Below, piece by piece: positions 28,166 to 36,004 of a DNA stretch of 64,000 nucleotides (positions are counted from its first letter, which is position 1; every line of letters begins with the position of its first letter). Both the position numbers and the translations under genes were made by a program. The notes beneath the pieces are model-generated. The model worked only from the letters and a program-made list of their open reading frames with translations, ran no database searches and had not been told where the DNA came from. The stretch spans positions 568-64,567 of the forward strand of contig DATLGL010000004.1 in the NCBI GenBank assembly GCA_035540495.1, read 5' to 3'. This stretch comes from Acidimicrobiales bacterium (lineage in GTDB: Bacteria > Actinomycetota > Acidimicrobiia > Acidimicrobiales > CADCTF01).

Positions 28166-29158
28166 TCACCGTCTACGCGGTCGGCGTCCCTTCCTGGCGC
28201 GAATGACTCTTGCTCGTGATCCGTTGACGAGCACAGGCAGCGTCATCTCGCTGCGGAGGTTTCCCGCGTGGAGCAGGGCTTCGAGCGCTCGATCGGGTGC
28301 GCCGGTGAGCAGAACGACCGCGCCGCCCGGGCGCAGCCATTGTTGGGCTGCCGCTCCGAGGTCGCGATAGAAGCCGGCGGCGCCGTGCTTCATGTTCCAG
28401 TTCCGGCCCCACGGGGGATCGGTCACGAGGGCGTCGATCGACTGCGGTCGCACGCGAAGCTTGCGGAAGTCGCTGCGCGTCCACCTCACTCGTGGTGACG
28501 CGGCTATTGCAGAACCTGGCGGGTTTAGATCGTTGAGCCAAACCTTCGTCGCTCCGGCCTTGAGGCAAGCGTCGCCGATCGCGCCGCTACCGGCGAACGG
28601 GTCGAGAACGAGTTCGGCGTCTCGGAGAGGCTCCACCCGTGCGAGCGCGGCGCAGATCTCTGAGCGAAGCTGCCCGCGGGGCGGTCTGGGCCCGCCGGAA
28701 CTGAGTCGTGCCGCCACCACCGCGGTGCGAAGGTCTGATCTGTGGAGGAGCCAGACCTCGTCAACCGTCGACCGTCCCGTCGCTGTCGGCCACCCGGCCG
28801 CGATCGCCGTCTCGAGGCCGCGGTATGCCGCGGAAGGAGAAATGAGTTTGCCGTCGATCGAGACGCGCAGCGGGGGCGGACCGGCGCGACCGAACTCGAG
28901 GGGCACGTTCACGGCCGCTAGTCGCTCGGCGAGGACGCCGGCCTCACTCTCGGCAGTCGTGCGAGGAAATTCAGCGAGCACGACGAAGGCGTTCGTCGCG
29001 CAAGGGAACGTTCGCAGCGCGGCGAGATCCGCTTCGGTAGACCCGCGGATCAGACCGCGCCCGGTGGCCGTTGGCGTGAACACGTCGAGCTCGCGCTCAG
29101 CGAACTCGGAGACGAGCTCCTCGAACCCCGGTGGGCACAGAACGACAACGTCGCGCAC
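28166..29158 (-). CDS. Putative RNA/amino methyltransferase (Trm11/RlmL-like)
   Basis: VLDPFAGSGAI and VTDPPWG motifs; start approximate. Confidence 0.75.
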   Translation of the reverse strand: MRDVVVLCPPGFEELVSEFAERELDVFTPTATGRGLIRGSTEADLAALRTFPCATNAFVVLAEFPRTTAESEAGVLAERLAAVNVPLEFGRAGPPPLRVSIDGKLISPSAAYRGLETAIAAGWPTATGRSTVDEVWLLHRSDLRTAVVAARLSSGGPRPPRGQLRSEICAALARVEPLRDAELVLDPFAGSGAIGDACLKAGATKVWLNDLNPPGSAIAASPRVRWTRSDFRKLRVRPQSIDALVTDPPWGRNWNMKHGAAGFYRDLGAAAQQWLRPGGAVVLLTGAPDRALEALLHAGNLRSEMTLPVLVNGSRARVIRARKGRRPRRR

Positions 29159-29668
29159 GGATCGGAGTCTTGCTCCCGTCGCGGAGCGCGATGGATCGAC
29201 GGCGATGTGCACCTCCACGGCGGAACAGATCATCGGAGGGAGGGCCGTGTCCGCGACAGTGCAGAAGTGGCTCGGGTTGATCCGGAAGATGCATCTCGTG
29301 ATCGCTGGATTGCCCTCTGCCACACCTTCGATCCCTCGGTCGGCTAACGCCGTCACGTTCTTCTCGCCGCCTTCGAGTCAGCGCGCGAGATGGAGGAGTT
29401 CGTTGCGGCTGAATCCGCCCGGTTGCAGTCGTGGAAGTCGACCGGCGAAGCGGACGCCCGAGACTGGTTGAGCGGACGGAAGCTTGAGCGTGGTAGGACT
29501 TACCCCACACCCCAGCCGCGACGTCGGTTTCCGTCGTGATGTCGCGCCGACGCGAGGCGTACCGATCGACGGTTCGTGGACTGGCGCGGACCGGAACCGA
29601 CTGCGCGAGCGCGACGCGGTTGGTGTGTCGCAGGTTGGTCGGAACGTACCCTCTGGGCCGTGACGGAG

Positions 29669-30280
29669 ATGACGGCCGCCGAGGTCATGTATCCGCGACC
29701 GGGCTTCGGTGAGCCGCATCCGTCGGTAGCGGCGTTCCTTGCGAGGCACCAGCCGCTGATCGAGACGGAGTTCGAGTGGCCCAACGGCAGCGTCGTGACG
29801 GCGCGTGCTTTTGATGTCCTCGATGATCTTCCAAGTGAGGTAGTGCAGTCCGTCCGCTGCCTCGTGTTCACTGACGACGAGCACGTGGTGATGTGCGAGA
29901 ACGTTCGCGGGGTCCGCCATGTGTGGCCAGGTGGGCGACGCGAGGTTGGCGAGACGCTCGTGGAAACGGCGTGCCGCGAGGTACTCGAGGAGACGGGGTG
30001 GGTCCTCGATCCGGAGTCGCTGAAGCACATTGGATGGCTGCACTACGAGGCTGGGCCGCATCGAGGGCCAGACATCCCGTGGCCGCACCCGGACATCTTC
30101 CATGCGCTCTTTGCCGGCCGGGCCCGGTCGCTGCAGGCAGAAGGCTGGGTCGACACCGAGGGTTACGAGTTGTCGTCACGCGTGGTGTCTACGAAAGAGG
30201 TCGTGAGCGCCATCACCCCCGGGGACGCCGCGACGGCGCTCCTTGATGTGCTTCTCGAACGAGGTCCCCGCGATCTGTAG
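29669..30280 (+). CDS. NUDIX hydrolase
   Basis: GGRREVGETLVETACREVLEETG Nudix box. Confidence 0.92.
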   Translation: MTAAEVMYPRPGFGEPHPSVAAFLARHQPLIETEFEWPNGSVVTARAFDVLDDLPSEVVQSVRCLVFTDDEHVVMCENVRGVRHVWPGGRREVGETLVETACREVLEETGWVLDPESLKHIGWLHYEAGPHRGPDIPWPHPDIFHALFAGRARSLQAEGWVDTEGYELSSRVVSTKEVVSAITPGDAATALLDVLLERGPRDL

Positions 30281-30612
30281 CACCCGCGCGCGGCCGGTGC
30301 ATCGCGGCCCTTAGCGACCTACGGGTCGGGATGGACTGGCGACGCGACCGAACACCGCGACGGCTGATCGGGCCGACCGTCACGATGAGAACAGTCCTCG
30401 CTCCTGCGAGTTGCTGCGGGTTCTCTCGAGGGCCACGAGGGATGGCTCTGCCTGCGTCGGCCTCTTGAACACCACCACGTCCGCGGGTGGCGCGCGCTCA
30501 GCGAGCATTGCGACCGTCTTCGGCCGGTTCTCGGTGTTGTACCGCCACACCAATCGGATGAAGGCGAGGTCGAGCCGTTCGGGTCCGCCCGCTTGCGCGG
30601 GCTACTGACAAA

Positions 30613-31002
30613 TCACTCGTGAACCGCATCCTCGGCGTTCTGTGCGAGTGGAGCCCGTAGCCACGACAACATCTCGCGGAGCGATTCGTACGCTTCGAGG
30701 CGCGCGTCGTCGCTTCCGCGGTGCTCGGCTGACTCGCAGGTCTCCCACATTCGCTCGACAACGGACGGCCCCATACTGAGCAGAGCCTCTGATCCCGCTG
30801 AGGCCCATCGCGCCAATGCGTACCGAACGACAGCCCCGACTGGCACGCCCACGCTCGCTGCTAGTGCATTGAACGTGTCCAGCGGGTCGACGTGCGAAAA
30901 CAGAGCGATGTCACGTTTGAAGTTCGCGTCTGGATCGTCGCTCGAGACCTCACCGTCCCACCGCTCGAGGCGCACGATCGGGTCTGCGCTTCGCTTACCC
31001 AT
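30613..31002 (-). CDS. Conserved hypothetical protein (DUF6027-like)
   Basis: DPDANFK...DPLDT...VRYALARWASAGSEALL pattern recalled from actinobacterial proteins. Confidence 0.55.
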   Translation of the reverse strand: MGKRSADPIVRLERWDGEVSSDDPDANFKRDIALFSHVDPLDTFNALAASVGVPVGAVVRYALARWASAGSEALLSMGPSVVERMWETCESAEHRGSDDARLEAYESLREMLSWLRAPLAQNAEDAVHE

Positions 31003-31110
31003 CGAGGGAGTCTTCCAGCTGGGTGCCTGATCGCACGGAACACCGCTCGGCGTGCTGGCTGAGCCGCACAGTCGCCGCGCTCATGAAAGCCGAGTCCGGA
31101 TACGCCTAGG

Positions 31111-31794
31111 TCAGAGGCTATCGAGAGCGGCGCGCGCGTTGTCGGTGAGGGACGCTCGAGTTGCTCTCCAAGTTTGGCCGGAGGTGAGCGCGATGGCGTC
31201 GACTGAGACCACCCCCTCTTCGTACGCCAACAATCGTGTCGCGTCAGCTGATGCGAGCAGCTTCTGCTGCACTGCGTCGGACACAGCTGAGATCAGCTGT
31301 TCTTCGGAGGTGCGCTCGGCCGGCGCAACCGTGGTCGGAACCTCCTCGCTGGTCTCCGGTTCTGCGAGATACCTGGCGACGTGCTTCCGGGTATCAAGGG
31401 CGATGTTGGCCGCGATCCGCGCAGGCCGCTTGTCGAGGGGGTAGGTGGCGAGCCGCTCCCAGGCCGCGGCGATGATGGCGGCTTCGAGTTCGTCGAGCTC
31501 TGTCGCGAGAGATCGACGCTGGCGGGCGATGCTCTTCATGGTGGGTAGGAAGGCCTGGAGCAGGACACGCATGGCCGTCGGGTCAGGTCGAGCTCGAAGG
31601 AGTGCGGTGAGAATTGCGTCGTCCTCACCACGATCGTCGCTGTGGAGTTTGGCGACGACGGCGTCGGCTGTGCCGTGGTCAGCCAACCCATAGGTGGTGG
31701 CGACTCGATCGAAGTCACTGATCCATCTACGGCGGCGGACGAGTGCTGTCCATTCGCGTTCGATGCCCTGGAGGAGGCTGGGGCGGCTAGTCAC
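31111..31794 (-). CDS. Sigma-factor-like helical regulator
   Basis: Region-2-like LLQAFLP...AWERLATYP...NIALDT and a C-terminal HTH-like segment; start overlaps the end of the BTAD gene. Confidence 0.45.
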   Translation of the reverse strand: MTSRPSLLQGIEREWTALVRRRRWISDFDRVATTYGLADHGTADAVVAKLHSDDRGEDDAILTALLRARPDPTAMRVLLQAFLPTMKSIARQRRSLATELDELEAAIIAAAWERLATYPLDKRPARIAANIALDTRKHVARYLAEPETSEEVPTTVAPAERTSEEQLISAVSDAVQQKLLASADATRLLAYEEGVVSVDAIALTSGQTWRATRASLTDNARAALDSL

Positions 31795-33250
31795 GGCGGG
31801 ATCCCGGCGCTGATGCGGCTTCAGGAAGCCGTTGGCCGGTGGCGGAGCGGTATTCCTCTTCGACGCGGCGTGCTCCGAGGTCGTCGCCGCCGGCAAGTCG
31901 TGCGTCGCGGTGCAGGCGGCTGAGAGTCGGGTCGAGCGGCACTGCGATGAGGCATCGGCGGGCTGTGCGCGCGGCGCGGTCGTATTGGCCTCGAGCGACG
32001 AGGTGGGGGATCACGATGGTGGCCGCATTGCGCACTGCGGCGATCGCATCCTCAACGAGGCCTTGACGGTGGGCCCACTCGTAGCCGTGGGAGCCGGTGA
32101 AGGGCCGGCCGTCTATGCCTTCCAGAGCGGAGGCAGCGGCTTCGATGTCGTCGTCCACGCTGCCAATGACCTGGAGATCCGTCGTCACGACCGGATTGAC
32201 GTGGTAACGGCCGCCAGATCGATTCGGCAGGAGGGGAGCGCCCTCTGGTGTTGATCCGAGTGCTCGCCTTGCGTCGGAGACGACGTTGATGAATCGTCCC
32301 TTGGCGGGTCGTTCGTCCCAGACAGCGCTCTTGAGCTCTGACTCGGTGGCGCCGGCCGAGTGGGTGGCGAGGTAGGTGACGAGTTCGACCATCTTCGGCG
32401 TCAGCGTTCGCGCGCCGAGGCCGGTGATCTCGACGTGGCCTAGGACGTGAACACGAATGCGACGGTCGCTGTGCTTGGCGGCGGTAGCAGTGTCGGTGCT
32501 GCCCTCGGCACTGCATCGACCGTGGTCGTGGCGGAGGTCGTCTGTGAACGCTGGCGTGAGCGCGAGACCGAGCGGCTCGAGAGCCCATCCCTCGTCGGTT
32601 GACGTGAGCGCCCACCCACTCGAGTCCGTTCCGGCCGGACTGCCGGTATCGATGATGATGCGGGCTGCGGCGGGAACTGCGGGGAGTTCTCGGCTGGCGC
32701 GACCGTCGGCCACGAGAATGAGGGCACGGTCGGCGTTGTGGTGATGGCGGGTCATGGTGATGACGCCCGCATCGTCAGCGGTCGCCACCGCGATTTCCCA
32801 GTTCCAGCGCGCGGCCTCTTCTCGGAGCCAGGTCGTGGTGGACGGCATGTCGGCGGCGAGGTGCAGGTCTTGAACAGCTGCGAGGTCAACGACGAGCTCT
32901 CCCTCCTCTGTTCGGCCGATCGCGAGGGGTACGTGGAGGAGCTCTGCTGCAGCGAGGGGCTTGTCGGCCGGCAGCGTCCAGAGGCGGCCTTCTCCGTCTA
33001 TGCCATCGGGAGGTGGAGTGGGATCTTCGAGGAGGAGTCGTTGGCCGTTGATGGTGGACTCGATTGCTACGACCCGAGCGCCGGAGTTCTTGACGATCTG
33101 CTCGATGGAGCGGTGCACCCCGATGTGGGGCGCACCGCTCCCTTCAGCCTCGTCGGCGTGGCCGGTCGGTCCTGTGGCTGGCCACAGGAGCAGCACGACG
33201 GCGACTGCTACTGCGACGGCGACGAGCAAGTGGAGGGTGGTGAGCTGCAT
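31787..33250 (-). CDS. Membrane-anchored protein with C-terminal wHTH/BTAD (SARP-like) region
   Basis: N-terminal TM helix; IRVHVLGHVEI, VELVTYLATH, GRPF, TPR-like end. Confidence 0.65.
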   Translation of the reverse strand: MQLTTLHLLVAVAVAVAVVLLLWPATGPTGHADEAEGSGAPHIGVHRSIEQIVKNSGARVVAIESTINGQRLLLEDPTPPPDGIDGEGRLWTLPADKPLAAAELLHVPLAIGRTEEGELVVDLAAVQDLHLAADMPSTTTWLREEAARWNWEIAVATADDAGVITMTRHHHNADRALILVADGRASRELPAVPAAARIIIDTGSPAGTDSSGWALTSTDEGWALEPLGLALTPAFTDDLRHDHGRCSAEGSTDTATAAKHSDRRIRVHVLGHVEITGLGARTLTPKMVELVTYLATHSAGATESELKSAVWDERPAKGRFINVVSDARRALGSTPEGAPLLPNRSGGRYHVNPVVTTDLQVIGSVDDDIEAAASALEGIDGRPFTGSHGYEWAHRQGLVEDAIAAVRNAATIVIPHLVARGQYDRAARTARRCLIAVPLDPTLSRLHRDARLAGGDDLGARRVEEEYRSATGQRLPEAASAPGSRRD

Positions 33251-33960
33251 CAGACCTGGGCCTTGTTGATGCTGCCGATCACCGCTCGTGCCTGGGTGAT
33301 GTAGTGCTGGTCGACGCCGTCCTCCGCCGCCACGGCAGCGACGATCAGCTCCCTGTACTCGGTAACGGCGTAGACGATCTCGATGTAGCGGCCGTCGATG
33401 CTCCCTGCGAGTCGGCAGCCGTTGACGCCGGCGAAGGTGACCTGCTCTGCGGTGGCGAGGCGAGCCCCCGTCAGCCCAGCGTCGTTGAGGTAGTCCTCGA
33501 GGAACAGGTCAACCGCGACGGCGCCGAAGCCTGCGGGTAGCGATCCGATCGTGATGGCGATGTCGGTGTAGTCGTACGGCTTGAGGACGAACTGCGACGA
33601 GACCGCCGAGCCTTCGTCGGAGACGTGCCAGCCGTCGGGAACGGCGGCGGTGTAGGTGTCGCCGTACACGCGTAGCGGGGCGCGGTTCCAGCCGCTGGGA
33701 GCAGCGGGGAGTTGGGCACGTCCGCCGCGACACGAGGTGTTGGACTCGTCGCGGTCGGTTCGTGCCGCCGTTGCCTTGGCCGTGGGGGCCGCGGCTGTGA
33801 CCGGCTTGGGTGCGGGCGCAGGGGTGGAATCGGACCCGCCGATGAGGGTGCTGCCGACGATGATGGCGCCGGCGCCGAGGACTCCGGCGGCGACGAGTCG
33901 AACCCTCTTGGTCTTCGCCGAGGTCGATCCGGAGGTGGTGGTTGAGGTGGTGTTGGTCAT
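33250..33960 (-). CDS. Secreted/membrane-anchored protein with PsbP/LpqN-like domain
   Basis: TM/signal segment, Pro/Ala linker, YTAAVPDGWHV; start overlaps the BTAD gene start region in an operon-like arrangement. Confidence 0.55.
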   Translation of the reverse strand: MTNTTSTTTSGSTSAKTKRVRLVAAGVLGAGAIIVGSTLIGGSDSTPAPAPKPVTAAAPTAKATAARTDRDESNTSCRGGRAQLPAAPSGWNRAPLRVYGDTYTAAVPDGWHVSDEGSAVSSQFVLKPYDYTDIAITIGSLPAGFGAVAVDLFLEDYLNDAGLTGARLATAEQVTFAGVNGCRLAGSIDGRYIEIVYAVTEYRELIVAAVAAEDGVDQHYITQARAVIGSINKAQV

Positions 33961-34037
33961 GGATGAGACGATGCGTTCTCATCCGGCGAGTGCCTAGACG
34001 GCGATGCCACCCATTGCCGTTAGGGGGGTCCCCAATC

Positions 34038-34664
34038 TCAGGTGTCGAGGCCGTGCTTGATCGCGTAGCGGGCGAGCTCGTCGCGGCGCGTCAGGTGCAG
34101 CTTGTGGAGTATGCGACGGGTGTGGTTCTCGACGGTCTTCGGCGAGATGAACAGCGACTCGCCGATCTGGCGGTAGGTGCGGCCCTTGGCGATCCCGACG
34201 AGCACTTCGCGTTCGCGGTCCGTCAACGATTGCGCGCTGTGGCTCTGTTGGCCAAGGCGTCGGAACTCGGCGAGAACCAGGCCGGCGAGGTCGGGGGAGA
34301 ACACCCCGTCCCGCTTCGCTGCACGACGCATTGCGCTGCGCAGCTCATCGCCCGAGGTGGTCTTGAGCATGTAGCCGACCGCGCCGGCGACAACGCAGTC
34401 GAGCACGTCTCGTTCTGCTGCGCTGGAGGAGACCATCACGATGGGAGCCTCGGACGCGCATCGATGGACGACGCTGATCCCGCCCCCGTCGGGCATGAAC
34501 ACATCGCACGCGACGACGTCGGGTCGGGTCGCCTCGATGGCATCGATTGCTTCGACGGCGTTGGCTGCTTCGGCGACGATCTCGAAGCCCTCGCCGAGTT
34601 CGTGACGAAGACCGCTCCTCCAGACCGGGTGGTCGTCGGCGATTACGACGCGGAGGGTATCCAC
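34038..34664 (-). CDS. NarL/LuxR-family response regulator
   Basis: IADDHP, phospho-Asp CDVFMP, GYMLK, LTDREREVL...TVENH HTH. Confidence 0.95.
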   Translation of the reverse strand: MDTLRVVIADDHPVWRSGLRHELGEGFEIVAEAANAVEAIDAIEATRPDVVACDVFMPDGGGISVVHRCASEAPIVMVSSSAAERDVLDCVVAGAVGYMLKTTSGDELRSAMRRAAKRDGVFSPDLAGLVLAEFRRLGQQSHSAQSLTDREREVLVGIAKGRTYRQIGESLFISPKTVENHTRRILHKLHLTRRDELARYAIKHGLDT

Positions 34665-35875
34665 AAGCTCACCTCGGTGCCTTCGCCCGGTGTCGAGGAG
34701 ATCTCGGCGATCCCTCCGACACGCTGCGCCCGCTCGATGATCGAAAGCCGCAATCCCTGTCCGTTGCCATTGACCCGCGTAGGGTCGAACCCGAGTCCGT
34801 CGTCACTCACGGTCACAGTCACGCCTGCGCTCACGTCACTGCCGACGCTGCGCTCTTCGGGCGCGGCGTAGATCACCACGCGGCGCGCCTGGGCGTGTTT
34901 CGCGACGTTGGCCAGCGCTTCGGCGACCATCCCCGTCACGGCGTCGGCCAGCTGAGGGCCAACGGATGGCAGGTCCGGAGCTAGCACGAACTGGGGATCG
35001 AGATCCGCCCGTCGGGCGAAGTCGAGCCCGGCTTCGCGGAGCCTGCCGGCGAGAGGTTCGGTTCGCTTGGCTGTTCCCGGCGAGGACCCGAACAGGAACG
35101 ACCGAAGATCGCGTTCGGCCTCACGCGCAAGCCGTGCGTGGGTGGGATCGGAGGCCTTTGCGCCGATGAGAGCGAGCGTCTGGATCACGCCGTCGTGCAA
35201 GGCACGACTCACATCCTGGCGGGCTTGCACCGTCGCCAGTTCTGCCTCGGCGGCCCGAAGCCGCTGAGCGAGGTAGCCGACGCCCGCTCCGACCGTCACA
35301 TACGTCGCAACCAACACGACGGACGGCACGAGGCGGGGCAGCTCACGCATCGGCATCAGCGTGAAGTACACGCCCGAGAGCATCTCCGGTGGGGCCAGGT
35401 CACTGAGCAACCGGGACAACCCAAGCGCGCCGCCGGCGGCGGCACCGAGGAGGGGCCCTCGACCGATCCCGACTGCGGCCGGCGTAGCGAGGACCCACAG
35501 CCCGCCGATCACCGGGATCTGCCAGGTGATGACGGGATGGACCGCCCATCCGTCGGCAGCGACGGCTCCCGCCGCAATCGTCAGTTCGATGATGAGCGCC
35601 AACGGGCGGAAAGCGTCGGCGGGGCGAACCGTCGCCGTGTAGGCCAGCCACCCGGTCCAACCGGCCATCGCTGCGAACGCCACGTAGGCCGCTTGGGGGC
35701 GAGCCATGGCCTCGTCGTAGCCCTCGACGATGACGAACAGCGCCACGGCCAACCCGACGATCCGAAGAGCCAGCAGCGCTCGCGCCAGCACGCCATCGGT
35801 CAACCGAACCGCCACGGCAGACGCCAACTCGACGTCAGCCCGCATCCCGACTCCAGCCCCAGCCCCCATGACCAA
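34643..35875 (-). CDS. NarL-type sensor histidine kinase
   Basis: Multiple TMs, RALHDGVIQTL H-box, EALANVAKHA, SDDGLGF, GQGL, GEGT. Confidence 0.93.
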   Translation of the reverse strand: MVMGAGAGVGMRADVELASAVAVRLTDGVLARALLALRIVGLAVALFVIVEGYDEAMARPQAAYVAFAAMAGWTGWLAYTATVRPADAFRPLALIIELTIAAGAVAADGWAVHPVITWQIPVIGGLWVLATPAAVGIGRGPLLGAAAGGALGLSRLLSDLAPPEMLSGVYFTLMPMRELPRLVPSVVLVATYVTVGAGVGYLAQRLRAAEAELATVQARQDVSRALHDGVIQTLALIGAKASDPTHARLAREAERDLRSFLFGSSPGTAKRTEPLAGRLREAGLDFARRADLDPQFVLAPDLPSVGPQLADAVTGMVAEALANVAKHAQARRVVIYAAPEERSVGSDVSAGVTVTVSDDGLGFDPTRVNGNGQGLRLSIIERAQRVGGIAEISSTPGEGTEVSLWIPSAS

Positions 35876-36004
35876 ATCGTAAGGACTACGAGCAGCGGCT
35901 ATCCACTCACGCTTGGTGCTTCAAGGCACCCCAGAATCACGGTCACACCGTTGCATCAGCAGATGCTGCGCGCGTTCGGCCGTCGCGAAGGGCTTTAGGT
36001 AGGT

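Larger units (their letters stand above)
5041..30353 (+). repeat. Dispersed family of same-strand intergenic sites, consensus about CGACCS-GAWC-GACG-GDTC
   Basis: GAAC-GACG-G at 5961, 6928, 9842, 12991, 19953, 22962; GATC-GACG-G at 20852, 25835, 27372, 29564; weaker variants at 5049, 8300, 8737, 9203, 12243, 15330, 16142, 16579, 17393, 21433, 26621, 26653, 30321, 30350. Confidence 0.7.

Noticed and set aside
5954-29578. Reading the dispersed motif as LexA boxes
   Set aside because: Only two copies are full GAAC-N4-GTTC dyads, the N4 is fixed (GACG) and several lie between convergent genes. Not fully excluded for 9842 and 22962.
5948-30612. Classical integron attC sites
   Set aside because: No consistent RYYYAAC...GTTRRRY long hairpin with L boxes after each gene; genes are in mixed orientation; no IntI-specific insertion was recognised in the integrase.
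35876-36004. oriT upstream of the relaxase (GGTGC-N6-GCACC hairpin at 35915-35930)
   Set aside because: Position is plausible, but the hairpin is short and I cannot match a known MobF nic sequence.
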